A stretch of 64,000 nucleotides of DNA, from contig CAVPTA010000007.1 of NCBI GenBank assembly GCA_963708645.1, forward strand, positions 165,078 to 229,077, given 5' to 3'. Position numbers and translations under genes: made by a program. Source of the stretch: an uncultured Actinomycetota bacterium. Its GTDB lineage: Bacteria; Actinomycetota; Actinomycetes; Mycobacteriales; Jatrophihabitantaceae. Below, in pieces: positions 1-9,765 of the stretch (position 1 is the first letter of the stretch; every line of letters starts with the position of its first letter). The notes below the pieces were generated by a model that was not told where the DNA came from, did not search any database, and saw nothing but the letters and a program-made list of their open reading frames with translations.

Positions 1-136
1 CATTGATCAGCGCCACGAGCGCCTTGCTGGTGGTGCCGAGTTCCTTGGCCAAGGCGGAGATGCGGATCCGCTTGGGCGGGGCTGCATCGCTGGCGGTGGT
101 CTGCGGCGCTTGCGTTGAATTGTCGTTGTCGAGCAT
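1..136 (-). CDS. Partial CDS (5' end only; gene continues beyond window start). N-terminus 'MLDNDNSTQAPQTTASDAAPPKRIRISALAKELGTTSKALVALI' resembles an IF2_N-like helical N-terminal domain.
   Basis: Reverse-complement translation from ATG at ~136 with a GGAG-like RBS upstream. The K-R-I-R-I-S-A-L-A-K-E-L-G motif resembles IF-2 N-terminal-type domains. Only ~45 aa lie inside the window. Confidence 0.3.
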   Translation of the reverse strand, partial: MLDNDNSTQAPQTTASDAAPPKRIRISALAKELGTTSKALVALIN

Positions 137-337
137 CTGCTCGCGTTCTCCGTTCTGACCTCCGGGCGCGCTTCGTCGGTGCCGAGACGCGACCGCGCGG
201 AGGCGGTTGTGGCGGTTCGCACCGGACCGGCCTGTATGGCCGAACTCAGCAGCGTCCCGCGAAGTCTGCATCGAGGCAGTGAGCTGATGGCTTCAACTCG
301 CCGACCCGGGTGGTGTCGTACGTACTACGACGGGCCT

Positions 338-1082
338 TCACGCTTGCGTGCGGTCCGGAGCCAGCGGGTCGCTGACCGTCCCTCGCTCGTCGAGCGGTCC
401 CTGCGCCACGCGCACCGATACGGCCGGTGTGTCGGGGGCGAGACCGGCGACGATCCGCAACGCGGCGAGAATGTCGTCGGGTCGTACGGCGGGGGTCACC
501 TGCCGGACAACCACGTCCAGTATCGCACGCCCTCCGTTCTGGAGTGTGGGACGCACCTTGGCGCTCACCAGGGCGTGGCGTACGTCGACGGTGCGCCGGC
601 CGTCCTTGGTCACCCGTTCGACGCTGACTTCGGTCCGCGCGAGCACTGCCACGACGGCATCGTGCAGGGCGTCCGGCTCGACGCCGGGGAGCTCGATGCG
701 CCATTGCGCGGCCCGGACCCGTTCGGCGAGCGATCCCGGGCCGGCCGGGACGATCTCGAGCACGTCCAGGCCGTCCGGCAAGGCCGCGTCCAGTGCCAGG
801 CGCACCTGCTCGGGGTCGCTCTCGCGAGCGAGCCCGATCTCGAGGAATTCGGCCTCGCTGGCCACCCCGGTCGGGGACGCACCGACATAGCTGATCTTCG
901 GGTGCGGGCTGAAGCCCGCCGAGTACGCCATCGGGATGTCAGCGCGGCGCAGTGCTCGCTCGAAGGCGCGGGCGAAGTCGCGGTGCGAGGTGAACCGCAG
1001 CCGCCCGCGTTTGGCGTACCGGATCCGCAGCCGCTGCACGACAGGAGGCGGCGGCGGACCGGACGGGGTGCGACGAGGCATG
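338..1082 (-). CDS. Radical-SAM-linked protein (DUF2344; recalled as TIGR03936-type), partner of the upstream B12-binding radical SAM enzyme
   Basis: The C-terminal 250 aa of track ORF 338..1690 read 'RLRIRYAKRGRLRFTSHRDFARAFERALRRADIPMAYSAGFSPHPKISY'. The N-terminal ~200 aa of that ORF are low-complexity read-through. Start refined to the ATG giving 'MPRRTPSGPPPPPVVQRL', just downstream of the upstream gene's stop. Confidence 0.7.
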
Positions 1083-1094
1083 GACGACGTCGTT

Positions 1095-3002
1095 TCAGCG
1101 CTGGACGAGCGGCAGCAGCGAGCGCCCGGTCGGCCCGACCTGGATGTCGGTGCCGAGGTTGGAGCACACGCCGCAGTCGAAGCACGGTGTCCAGCGGCAG
1201 TCGTCCTGCTCGAACTCGCCGGTCGCGTCCTGCCAGTCGTCCCAGAGCCACTGCTTGTCGAGGCCGGAGTCGAGGTGGTCCCACGGGAGCACCTCGTCGG
1301 CGTCGCGCTCGCGGGTGGTGAACCAGTTGACGTCGATGCCGACCTGCTTCGCCGCCGACATCCAGCGCTCGAAGCTGAAGTGTTCCGACCAGCCGTCGAA
1401 GCGGCCGCCGCCGCGCCAGACCGCCTCGATGACCGCGCCGACGCGACGGTCGCCGCGCGAGAGAAGTCCTTCGACCAGCGACGGCTCGCCGTCGTGGTAG
1501 CGCATGCCGACGTTGCGGCCGAGCGAACGGTTGGAGTTGATCGCCGCGCGCAGCTTGCGCAGCCGGTCGTCGACCGTCGCGGGATCGCACTGCGCGGCCC
1601 ACTGGAACGGCGTGTGCGGCTTGGGCACGAACCCACCGATCGAGACGGTGCAGCGGATGTCCTTGTGCCCCGCCGCTTCGCGCCCCGCACGAATCACGTC
1701 ATGCGCCATTTCGGCGATCTCGAGGACGTCCTCGTCGGTCTCGGTAGGCAGACCGCACATGAAGTACAACTTCACCTGCCGCCAGCCCTGCGCGTACGCG
1801 GCTGAGACCGTGCGAATGAGGTCGTCCTTGCTGACCATCTTGTTGATCACCCGGCGCAGCCGCTCCGAGCCGCCTTCCGGGGCGAAGGTCAGCCCCGATC
1901 GGCGCCCGTTGCGCGAGAACTCGTTCGCAAGGTCGATGTTGAACGCGTCGACGCGTGTCGAGGGCAAAGACAGGCTGACCCGGTCGTCCTCGTAGCGGTC
2001 GGCGAGCTGCTTGGCCATCGGGCCGATCTCGGAATGGTCGGCCGATGACAGCGAGAGCAGGCCGACCTCTTCGAACCCGGTCGCCCGCAGGCCCTGGTCG
2101 ACCATCGCGCCGATCGAGTCGATCGACCGCTCGCGCACCGGACGGGTGATCATGCCTGCCTGGCAGAACCGGCAGCCGCGGGTGCAGCCGCGGAAGATCT
2201 CGACGGACATGCGCTCGTGCACGGTCTCGGCGAGCGGGACCAGCGGCGTCTTCGGGTACGGCCACTCGTCGAGGTTCATCACCGTGTGCTTGGTGACGCG
2301 CTCAGGAACTCCGTCGCGATTGGGCCTGACCGCGTCGATGCGCGCGTCGGCAAGGTAGCTGACGTCGTAGAACCGGGGGACGTAGATGCCGCCCGTCGCA
2401 GCCAGCCGCAGCAGCACGCCGTCACGTCCGCCCGGACGGCCGGCGGTGATCCAGTCGCGGACGATGTCAGAGATGGTCCCGACCGCCTGCTCGCCGTCGC
2501 CGAGGACGGCAGCGTCGATGAAGTCGGCGACCGGTTCGGGGTTGAACGCCGCGTGGCCGCCCGCGATGACCAGCGGATGGTCGGTGCGGTCGGCGGCGTG
2601 CAGCGGGATGCCGGCGAGGTCGAGTGCGGTGAGCAGGTTCGTGTAGCCGAGTTCGGTGGCGAACGAGACGCCGAGCAGGTCGAACGCCGCGACCGGACGG
2701 TGCGCGTCGACGGTGAACTGGCCGATGCCGTGCTCGCGCATGAGCGCCTCGAGGTCCGGCCAGACGGCGTAGGTGCGCTCGGCAAGAGTGTCGGCGCGCT
2801 CGTTGAGCACCTCGTAGAGGATCTGGACGCCCTGGTTCGGCAATCCGACCTCGTATGCGTCGGGATACATCAACGCCCAGTGGACGACGACGTCGTCCCA
2901 ATCCTTGACTCGCGCGTTGAGTTCGCCGCCGACGTACTGGATCGGCTTACTGACCTTCGGCAGCAGCGGTTCCAGGGCCGGGAACAACGAGGTGGGTGAC
3001 AC
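1095..3002 (-). CDS. B12-binding-domain radical SAM protein (uncharacterized rSAM family; recalled as TIGR03960-type)
   Basis: Conserved N-terminus 'LFPALEPLLPKVSKPIQYVGGELN' and Cys-rich radical SAM region 'IFRGCTRGCRFCQAGMITRPVRERS'. The ~636 aa length fits the family. Start refined to the GTG before 'SPTSLFPALEPLL'. The track ORF (731 aa) over-extends upstream. Confidence 0.8.
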   Translation of the reverse strand: MSPTSLFPALEPLLPKVSKPIQYVGGELNARVKDWDDVVVHWALMYPDAYEVGLPNQGVQILYEVLNERADTLAERTYAVWPDLEALMREHGIGQFTVDAHRPVAAFDLLGVSFATELGYTNLLTALDLAGIPLHAADRTDHPLVIAGGHAAFNPEPVADFIDAAVLGDGEQAVGTISDIVRDWITAGRPGGRDGVLLRLAATGGIYVPRFYDVSYLADARIDAVRPNRDGVPERVTKHTVMNLDEWPYPKTPLVPLAETVHERMSVEIFRGCTRGCRFCQAGMITRPVRERSIDSIGAMVDQGLRATGFEEVGLLSLSSADHSEIGPMAKQLADRYEDDRVSLSLPSTRVDAFNIDLANEFSRNGRRSGLTFAPEGGSERLRRVINKMVSKDDLIRTVSAAYAQGWRQVKLYFMCGLPTETDEDVLEIAEMAHDVIRAGREAAGHKDIRCTVSIGGFVPKPHTPFQWAAQCDPATVDDRLRKLRAAINSNRSLGRNVGMRYHDGEPSLVEGLLSRGDRRVGAVIEAVWRGGGRFDGWSEHFSFERWMSAAKQVGIDVNWFTTRERDADEVLPWDHLDSGLDKQWLWDDWQDATGEFEQDDCRWTPCFDCGVCSNLGTDIQVGPTGRSLLPLVQR

Positions 3003-3064
3003 GTCGCACCAGTTTACGGGCTCGTGCGGCCGAAGCTGCCCGCGTGAGGCGAAATCGGCGTCGA

Positions 3065-4072
3065 TCAGCGGAACAACGCGCTGTAGGCGTTGAGCGCGGG
3101 CTGCCCGCCGAGGTGGGCGTAGAGGACATTGGACGTGGCCTCGATGTCGCCGCCGGTGACCAGGTCGATGAGGCCGGCCATCGACTTTCCCTCGTACACG
3201 GTGTCGATGATCATGCCCTCGAGCCTGCCGGTGAGCCGGATCGCGTCGAGGGTCGAATCGACCGGGATGCCGTAGTAGTCGCCGGCCCACCCGGCGAGCA
3301 CCGTGATCTCGTCCTCGCGCAGGTCGCGACCGAGGTCGATGAGGCCGGCGGTGTTACGCGCGATCTTCGCGACCTGGGCGCGGGTTTCGTCGAGCTTGGC
3401 CGAGGCGTCGATGCCGATGACCCGACGCGGCCGGTCCTGGCCGGCGAAGCCTGCAATCATGCCGGCGTGCGTCGAGCCGGTCACGCTGCAGACGACGATC
3501 GTGTCGAAGAAGACGCCGAGCTCGCGTTCCTGCTGCTCGACCTCGTAGGCCCAGTTGGCGAAACCCAGTCCGCCGAGTCGATGATCGGACGCGCCGGCCG
3601 GGATGGCGTAGGGCGTCCCGCCCTGGTCGCGGACCTCGTCGAGCGCGTGTTCCCAGCTGCTCTTGAAGCCGATGCCGAAGCCGGCGTCGACGAGCTTCAC
3701 CTGCGCGCCCATGATGCGCGACAGCAAGATGTTGCCAACGCGGTCGTTGACGGCGTCGGGCCAGTCGACCCAGCTCTCTTGGACGAGCACTGCCTGCAGC
3801 CCGAGCTTGGCAGCCACAGCGGCGACCTGACGGGTGTGGTTGGACTGGACGCCACCGATCGACACCAGATGCGTCGCACCCTGGGCCAGCGCGTCCGGGA
3901 CGAGGTACTCGAGCTTGCGGGTCTTGTTCCCGCCGTAGGCAAGGCCCGAGTTGCAGTCCTCGCGCTTGGCCCAGAGCGTGGCGCCGCCGAGATGACGGCT
4001 CAGTCGCTCCAGTTGGTGCACCGGGCTCGGCCCGAACAGCAGTGGGTATCGCGGGAAATCAGCCAGGGACAC
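3065..4072 (-). CDS. acdS: 1-aminocyclopropane-1-carboxylate deaminase (PLP-dependent)
   Basis: 335 aa with near-identity to the Pseudomonas ACC deaminase consensus: 'YPLLFGPSP...[11 protein letters not shown]...[19 protein letters not shown]...[13 protein letters not shown]...TVYEGKSM...[16 protein letters not shown]'. Confidence 0.85.
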   Translation of the reverse strand: MSLADFPRYPLLFGPSPVHQLERLSRHLGGATLWAKREDCNSGLAYGGNKTRKLEYLVPDALAQGATHLVSIGGVQSNHTRQVAAVAAKLGLQAVLVQESWVDWPDAVNDRVGNILLSRIMGAQVKLVDAGFGIGFKSSWEHALDEVRDQGGTPYAIPAGASDHRLGGLGFANWAYEVEQQERELGVFFDTIVVCSVTGSTHAGMIAGFAGQDRPRRVIGIDASAKLDETRAQVAKIARNTAGLIDLGRDLREDEITVLAGWAGDYYGIPVDSTLDAIRLTGRLEGMIIDTVYEGKSMAGLIDLVTGGDIEATSNVLYAHLGGQPALNAYSALFR

Positions 4073-4116
4073 GCCGCGATCGTAATGGTGTCGGGGCGCT
4101 CTGACAGGATCTGCGG

Positions 4117-4992
4117 GTGCGTCCCGTTCCGCCGCAGGTGCTCGTGCTCGGTGGTATCGCCTCGGTGCAGTTCGGCGCCGCGATCGCCAGCAAGCTGTTC
4201 TCGCAGGCCGGGCCGGGCGGGGTGGTGCTGCTGCGGCTGGCCCTCGCCGCGGTGATGCTCATGGTCGCCGTCCGTCCGACTGTCCGTGGCCGCACGCGCG
4301 CCGACTATCTGGCGGTACTCGGCTACGGCCTGATCCTCGGGTTCATGAACTGGAGCTTCTACGAGGCGATCGATCGACTGCCGCTCGGCGTCGCAGTGAC
4401 GATCGAGTTCACCGGCCCCTTGGCCGTCGCGATCGGCGGATCGAGACGGGCGCTGGACGGGTTGTGGGTGCTGCTCGCGGGCGGTGGGGTCGTGCTGTTG
4501 GCGTTGCGAGGCGACAGTCACGACGTCACTGCGCTCGGCGTCGTCCTCGCGCTCACCGCGGGCGCACTCTGGGCGTGCTACATCCTCGTCTCGCAGCGCG
4601 TCGGCAGGACGTGGGCGCAGCTGGACGGGCTGGCGCTCGCACTGTGCGTCGGCACGCTCGTGGTGATCCCGGTCGGTGTGGTCGAGGGCGGCACGGCACT
4701 GCTTCGTCCCGAGTTGCTCGCTGGCGGCGCGGCCATCGCCATCCTGTCCTCGATCCTGCCGTACTCGTTCGAGTTGATCGCGCTACGTCGACTGCGCGCA
4801 GCCTCGTTCGGGCTGCTGATGAGTCTCGAGCCGGCCGTCGCGGCGCTCGCGGGTGTGCTCGTGCTCGGGCAGTCGTTGCGGGTGACCACCGCCGCCGCGA
4901 TCGTCATGGTCGTGATCGCGAGTATCGGGACGACGCTCACGACACGTGCGCCGGATGCGCCCGCTCCGGAGATCCCTGTCGCGCCCGGTTAA
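4117..4992 (+). CDS. EamA/DMT-family membrane transporter
   Basis: 291 aa, ten predicted TM segments in a duplicated EamA pattern, GTG start. Converges on rodA with a 4-nt overlap. Confidence 0.7.
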   Translation: MRPVPPQVLVLGGIASVQFGAAIASKLFSQAGPGGVVLLRLALAAVMLMVAVRPTVRGRTRADYLAVLGYGLILGFMNWSFYEAIDRLPLGVAVTIEFTGPLAVAIGGSRRALDGLWVLLAGGGVVLLALRGDSHDVTALGVVLALTAGALWACYILVSQRVGRTWAQLDGLALALCVGTLVVIPVGVVEGGTALLRPELLAGGAAIAILSSILPYSFELIALRRLRAASFGLLMSLEPAVAALAGVLVLGQSLRVTTAAAIVMVVIASIGTTLTTRAPDAPAPEIPVAPG

Positions 4993-6173
4993 ACGGTCAG
5001 ATTGCGTCGGCGCACGGCCTGCAGCACGCCGATCGCGAGTCCCTGCGCGAACATCGACGATCCGCCGTAGGACACGAACGGCAGCGGCAGACCGGTGACC
5101 GGCATCAGTCCGAGGTTCATGCCGATGTTCTGGAACGCCTGGAAGGCGAACCAGCACACGATGCCGACGGCGACGAGTTGCCCGGTGCGATCGGCGGTGC
5201 GGGCGATCACCAGCCCGCGCCAGCACAGCAGAGCGAACAGCAGGATGAGCACGGCGCCACCGACGAGTCCGAACTCCTCGCCCATCACCGAGAACACGAA
5301 GTCGGTGCGCTGCTCGGGGACGTAGCCGCCGTTGGTCTGCGGCCCGTTGAACAGGCCCGTGCCGAACCAGCCCCCGTTGGCGATGGCGATGTGCGCCTGG
5401 TTGATGTTGTACGCCGCGCCCTGGGGGTCGTGCTGTGGGTTGAGGAACGCGCCGAAGCGTGCGAGTTGGTATTCGGCGAGCAGGCCCATCTTCACGACCA
5501 GGAACGCGCCGAGAATCCCGAATGCCAGCAGCCCGAGCGTCCATCGCGCGCGAACACCGGCGGCGATCAGAACGCCGAACGCGGCGGCGCCGAGCACCAT
5601 CGCCGAGCCGAGGTCGGGCTGCAACATGATCAACGCGAGCGGGACGGCGACCAGGCTGAGCGCGAGCAGCACGTCGACGGTCGTCGGCGGCAGGTCACCG
5701 CGGTCGCGGCCGCGTTGCGCGAACAGCACTGCCATACCGATGATCAGACCGAGCTTCATGAACTCCGACGGCTGGATCTCGAATCCGGCGCCGAGACGGA
5801 TCCACGCGTGCGCGCCGTTGATCGTCACACCGGCGGCGAGCACGAGCATCAACCCGAACACGCCCGCGAGGTAGAAGAACGGACCTGTGCGCCGCAGCAT
5901 GCGCGCGTTGATCCGGGACGCACCGAACATCAGGCCCGTCGCGAGCACCAGGTTGATCACGTGGCGGTAGAGATAGCCGTTCGGGTTGTTGCCGGCCGCG
6001 CGTTCGACGTCACGCGTCGCGGCCCATACGAGCACTGCGCCGATCAGGCCCAGCGCGAGTGCCACCGCGTTGAGCGTCCAGTCGTAGCGAGCGCGTCGCG
6101 CCTGATCGGGTTCGGTCAGCGGCGCCGGTAGATCGAACGGTGCGCGCGGATCACGTGCGAGCAGTTGCGTCAT
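4989..6173 (-). CDS. rodA: Rod-shape-determining SEDS-family peptidoglycan glycosyltransferase RodA (FtsW/RodA/SpoVE family)
   Basis: Motifs 'DFVFSVMGEEFGLVGG' and 'PVTGLPLPFVSYGGSS'. It is the last gene of the mreBCD-pbp2-rodA operon. Start refined to 'MTQLLARDPR', giving an ATGA overlap with the pbp2 stop. The track ORF over-extends by 157 aa. Confidence 0.85.
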   Translation of the reverse strand: MTQLLARDPRAPFDLPAPLTEPDQARRARYDWTLNAVALALGLIGAVLVWAATRDVERAAGNNPNGYLYRHVINLVLATGLMFGASRINARMLRRTGPFFYLAGVFGLMLVLAAGVTINGAHAWIRLGAGFEIQPSEFMKLGLIIGMAVLFAQRGRDRGDLPPTTVDVLLALSLVAVPLALIMLQPDLGSAMVLGAAAFGVLIAAGVRARWTLGLLAFGILGAFLVVKMGLLAEYQLARFGAFLNPQHDPQGAAYNINQAHIAIANGGWFGTGLFNGPQTNGGYVPEQRTDFVFSVMGEEFGLVGGAVLILLFALLCWRGLVIARTADRTGQLVAVGIVCWFAFQAFQNIGMNLGLMPVTGLPLPFVSYGGSSMFAQGLAIGVLQAVRRRNLTV

Positions 6174-8254
6174 TTGCTGACCTTGACCTGTGGCGCGATC
6201 TTGGGCAGCTTCGTCGCCGGGCGCAGTCCCTTGATGATCGGCTTCTTGCCGTTCATCCCGAAGATTCCGTCCCAGACGCGTTTGAGCATCGGGCCCGCAG
6301 CAGTCGCGCCGGTGCCGCCCTGCTCGACCATGCCGACGAGGACGAAGCGCGCGCGGACGTGTCCGTGCTGGTGGTAGATCGGACCCCAGGTGGACAGCCA
6401 CGACGTGTCGCCGTGTCCGTACACCTCGGCTGTGCCGGTCTTGCCGCCGATACGCGAGGCGTACGGCGAACCGATGTAGGCGAACGCGCCGGACACCGCC
6501 CAGCCGCGACCGAAGTTCAGCGAGCGTGCGATGTAGTCGAGCGTGCTCTGCTTCACCGGCACCGTGTTGCGCACCTTCGGCGTGATCGTGCGCACGACCT
6601 TGCCCTTGCCGTTGACGACGCCCCAGCCGATCTTGGGCGCCCAAATGCGCCCGCCGTTGACCAGCGCCGAGTACGCAACCGCGAGCTGCAGCGGCGACAT
6701 CGTCGTTTCGCCCTGACCGATGGCCATGTCGGCATTGTCACCGGCGCGGTACCGCCAGCCGTCTGTGCAGTTCTCGGACGCCAGCTCGGTGAGGTACGCC
6801 CGCTGCGAGAGGTTCGCGACGGTCTTGTACCCGCTACGCGCCGCCGCGCAGTACGCGTCCTTGTTCGCCTTCCACCGAGCCAGCCGGGTCTCGCGATCGG
6901 CGTAGGAACCGGGGGCCTGCTCGTTGGCCGGGAGGTCGATGTGCGGCAGCCGGCCGACGCCGAAGCTCGCGGCCATGTGCTGCAACCACTCGTGCGGTTT
7001 CTTGTGTTGCGCGATCCGGGCCTGGTCGGCGTAGTACTCGTTCGCGGCGGGGACATAGAAGTAGGTGTCGCACGAGTAGCCGAGTGCGTTCTCGAGGTTG
7101 ATGTCACCGAGCACTTCGGAGTCGTAGTTCGTCTTCACCCGACCGTCGATCGTCACCGACCCGGGGCATCCGTACAGAGTGTTGGGATTGATCTCGTGGT
7201 GCGTGACCAACGAGCTCGAGGTGATGAGTTTGAACGTCGAGCCCGGCGCGTACTGACCGGCCACCGCCCTGCTCAGCAGCGGATCGTTCGCGCTCGGCGC
7301 CGTGAGCGCGTGATAGTTCTTCGACGAGATGCCGCCGACGAACAGCTGCGGGTTGTAGTCGGGATAGCTCGCAACGGCCAGCACGCGGCCGGTCTGCGGG
7401 TCGAGCGCGACGATCGCACCGGCGGTCGCGGGCTTACCGAGTCTGCGGCTGTCGACGAGCTGCTGCGCGAGTGACTGCTCGGCCAGCCGCTGCAGCTTTG
7501 CGTTCAGACTCGTGACGAGTGTGTCGCCCTGCACCGGAGCGACGTACTTCCCGTCGGACACCGAATAGCCCTGCGGGCTCAAGTTTTTCGTCAATGAGCC
7601 ATCGACGCCGCGCAGCAGTGGGTCGTACTGCTCCTCGAGACCGGAGACACCGATGGTGTCGGCATCGGTGAGCGCCGGGTTGTTGCGCTTGTCCGCCGCG
7701 GTGATCTGTGACGTGTAACCGAGCACCTGCCCGGCAAGCGCGCCGTTCGGATAGTTCAAGTAGGTGACTGTCTGGATGGCGACGCCGGGATAGTCCTCGC
7801 GGTGTTCGGTGACAGCGAGAATCACCTTGCGTGACAGGTGTGTTGCCACCGGCACGGGCTGATAGGGCTCGCCCGTCCAGCACGGCGCCGGCACCGTCGG
7901 CGAGCACGGCCTGATCTCTGCGGCGAGCGTCGCTTGATTCTTGTGCAGCAACGTCGCGATGCGCGCCAATACCGATGCGCCGTGATCGGGCAGCACGTCG
8001 AGGCGGTCCTGGTCGATCGTCATGACAGCGACAGCAGTGTTGTCGACCAGCACGTGCCCGGTCGAGTCGACGATCAAGCCGCGCGGCGCAGGCACGACGA
8101 CCTCGCCGGGATGCAGCAGACCTGCGGTCTGTTCGGGCTTGTTCGGATCGATCAGTTGCACGTAGTACAGCCGGGCCAGCAGCGTCACAACCATCGACGC
8201 GACAAGCACGACGATGATGGTGAACCGGCGAGCGCTGAGCGGACGTGCTCTCAT
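6170..8254 (-). CDS. mrdA: Penicillin-binding protein 2 (class B transpeptidase, elongasome)
   Basis: Signal anchor 'FTIIVVLVASMVVTLLARLYYVQLID', a dimerization domain, and transpeptidase motifs 'STFK', 'SxN', 'KTGT' ('GGKTGTAEV'). Start refined to 'MRARPLSARRF' (ATGA overlap with the mreD stop). The upstream 69 aa of the track ORF are Arg-rich read-through. Confidence 0.85.
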   Translation of the reverse strand: MRARPLSARRFTIIVVLVASMVVTLLARLYYVQLIDPNKPEQTAGLLHPGEVVVPAPRGLIVDSTGHVLVDNTAVAVMTIDQDRLDVLPDHGASVLARIATLLHKNQATLAAEIRPCSPTVPAPCWTGEPYQPVPVATHLSRKVILAVTEHREDYPGVAIQTVTYLNYPNGALAGQVLGYTSQITAADKRNNPALTDADTIGVSGLEEQYDPLLRGVDGSLTKNLSPQGYSVSDGKYVAPVQGDTLVTSLNAKLQRLAEQSLAQQLVDSRRLGKPATAGAIVALDPQTGRVLAVASYPDYNPQLFVGGISSKNYHALTAPSANDPLLSRAVAGQYAPGSTFKLITSSSLVTHHEINPNTLYGCPGSVTIDGRVKTNYDSEVLGDINLENALGYSCDTYFYVPAANEYYADQARIAQHKKPHEWLQHMAASFGVGRLPHIDLPANEQAPGSYADRETRLARWKANKDAYCAAARSGYKTVANLSQRAYLTELASENCTDGWRYRAGDNADMAIGQGETTMSPLQLAVAYSALVNGGRIWAPKIGWGVVNGKGKVVRTITPKVRNTVPVKQSTLDYIARSLNFGRGWAVSGAFAYIGSPYASRIGGKTGTAEVYGHGDTSWLSTWGPIYHQHGHVRARFVLVGMVEQGGTGATAAGPMLKRVWDGIFGMNGKKPIIKGLRPATKLPKIAPQVKVSK

Positions 8255-8775
8255 CGCACGTCCTGCAGCACGAGCACCGGACGCGGTGCGCGCAACCTGT
8301 CGGTGCGCAGGAACAACCGCACGAGCGGCACGACGGCGAGCGCGAGCAGCCCGTCGAGCAGGGTCGCCGGAATCGCATACCGCAGCGCGTCGGTCGCTTG
8401 CGCGCCGTCTGCGCCGAGCACGGCCAGCGCGAGCGTCGACACGACCGAGGCCGCGCCGCACACGACGGTGGTGACCAGGACGTCATGTCTGATGCGGGCG
8501 TTGGGCGCATTGAGCAGTCCGCAGACAAGACCGACCCCGAGCCAGCACAGCGCCAGCACGCCGGCGGGATGCTCCGAGCCGAGATCGGTGATCAGCCCGG
8601 CCGCGAACCCGAACGCGATGCCGGCACCCGGACCGTCGACAACGGCGATCGCTGCGACCAGCAGAGCCGGCAGGCTTGCCGGGATCGTGTCGGCGAGCGG
8701 ACCGACGAGGGTCGCCTGCAGTACGAGTGCGGTCAGCAGCGCGGCGATCGCGGCTGCGATTCGGGCGCGCGTCAT
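8251..8775 (-). CDS. mreD: Rod shape-determining protein MreD
   Basis: ~174-aa polytopic membrane protein located between mreC and pbp2. Start refined to 'MTRARIAAAIAALL', directly after the mreC stop. Confidence 0.7.
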   Translation of the reverse strand: MTRARIAAAIAALLTALVLQATLVGPLADTIPASLPALLVAAIAVVDGPGAGIAFGFAAGLITDLGSEHPAGVLALCWLGVGLVCGLLNAPNARIRHDVLVTTVVCGAASVVSTLALAVLGADGAQATDALRYAIPATLLDGLLALAVVPLVRLFLRTDRLRAPRPVLVLQDVR

Positions 8776-8776
8776 G

Positions 8777-9619
8777 TCAGCGACCGCCCGCGGCGATCGA
8801 TGCGGTGCCGTGCCGTGACACAACGATGCCGACGATGTCGAGTGCACTCGCCGAAACAGTCGGGTCGACGGCGGCGATGACCGTCCCGTCGGCGGAGGCG
8901 CGCACCGTACGCACCGTCCCGATGGAGAGGCCGGGTGCGTAGCTGCTCGCGCCTTCCGGACCGGTCGCGAGCGCGTCACCGGCACGGACCTGCGCCGTCG
9001 GGTCGAGCGGGCGGAACGCGAATCCGTTGCGTCCGTTGCCGGTCACCACGCCGAGCTGACCGGTGCGCAGATCGCGAGCACCGACGCCCGACCCCGGGTC
9101 GATGGCGAGCAGCACTACAGCCGTCGATGAGTCGGCGTGCAGCACGCGTCCGACGAGCCCGGCACCGTCGGTGACAGTCTGCCCGGCACGCACGCCGTTG
9201 GCCGTGCCCGCCGCGACCGTGACCGTGTAGTCGAAACCCCCGGCGGCGCTCGTCGCGACGACCCGCGTCGGCACGATCCGGAAACCGTCGTGCGTGGCCG
9301 ACAGGCGCAGCCGCGCCAGCTGGGCCTCGGTGTGTCGGTCGAGGCGGGCATTGGCCAGTTGTTGGCGCAGCAGGGTGTTCTGCTGCTCGAGTGCGTGCAG
9401 TCGCGATTCGTCCGAACCGGCGCGTGGGATGCCTTGCAGGAACCGGCGGACGGGTCCGAGCACCGAGTCGGTGCCGCGGTACAGCGAACCGAGCGCGCCG
9501 CGCACGCCGCCGTGCGCGGATTGGAGGCTGGTGCCGCCCAGATCGAGCGCGACGAAACAAGCGGCAACGGCCGCCAGCACGATTGCCGCGACGCGCTGGC
9601 GTCGGGTCAGGCGGCGCAT
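8777..9619 (-). CDS. mreC: Rod shape-determining protein MreC
   Basis: 280 aa with an N-terminal TM segment, a coiled-coil region ('LEQQNTLLRQQLANARLD') and a beta-rich C-terminal domain. Position immediately downstream of mreB. Confidence 0.85.
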   Translation of the reverse strand: MRRLTRRQRVAAIVLAAVAACFVALDLGGTSLQSAHGGVRGALGSLYRGTDSVLGPVRRFLQGIPRAGSDESRLHALEQQNTLLRQQLANARLDRHTEAQLARLRLSATHDGFRIVPTRVVATSAAGGFDYTVTVAAGTANGVRAGQTVTDGAGLVGRVLHADSSTAVVLLAIDPGSGVGARDLRTGQLGVVTGNGRNGFAFRPLDPTAQVRAGDALATGPEGASSYAPGLSIGTVRTVRASADGTVIAAVDPTVSASALDIVGIVVSRHGTASIAAGGR

Positions 9620-9737
9620 CGCTGGATGCCGCTGAGAACGTTCGTCGGACCGCTCGTGGGCCTCTCGCTCCGCTCGGGCCCGCTCGCGGACCGATCCGCT
9701 CCTTGCGTCGCGGACTGTGCTTCTTTGCTCTTCGCGC

Positions 9738-9765
9738 GAGCGCTCATCGCGGAGCGCTCATCGCT
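9738..9765. repeat. Tandem direct repeat, 14-nt unit 'gagcgctcatcgcg' x2, spanning the mreB stop codon and mreB-mreC spacer
   Basis: Seen directly in sequence: 'gcgcGAGCGCTCATCGCgGAGCGCTCATCGCttg'. Confidence 0.4.

Noticed and set aside
179-1321. Long ORFs rich in Arg/Ala/Pro/Gly on both strands, e.g. 179..1321(+), 4464..6131(+), 8245..8880(+), 16087..17685(+), 22867..24279(+), 46177..47274(-), 53184..54230(-), 58192..60237(+)
   Set aside because: These are antisense or off-frame to genes with clear homology. Their amino-acid composition is what the off-frames of high-GC coding DNA look like, and they have no motifs. Long stop-free off-frames are expected at this GC content.
338-1690. N-terminal ~200 aa of ORF 338..1690 ('MRGAKRRGTRTSAAPSRS...') as part of the DUF2344 protein
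   Set aside because: It overlaps the 3' end of the upstream radical SAM gene and is low-complexity. The family-like sequence starts at 'VVQRLRIRYAKRGRL', and a proper ATG exists there right after the upstream stop.
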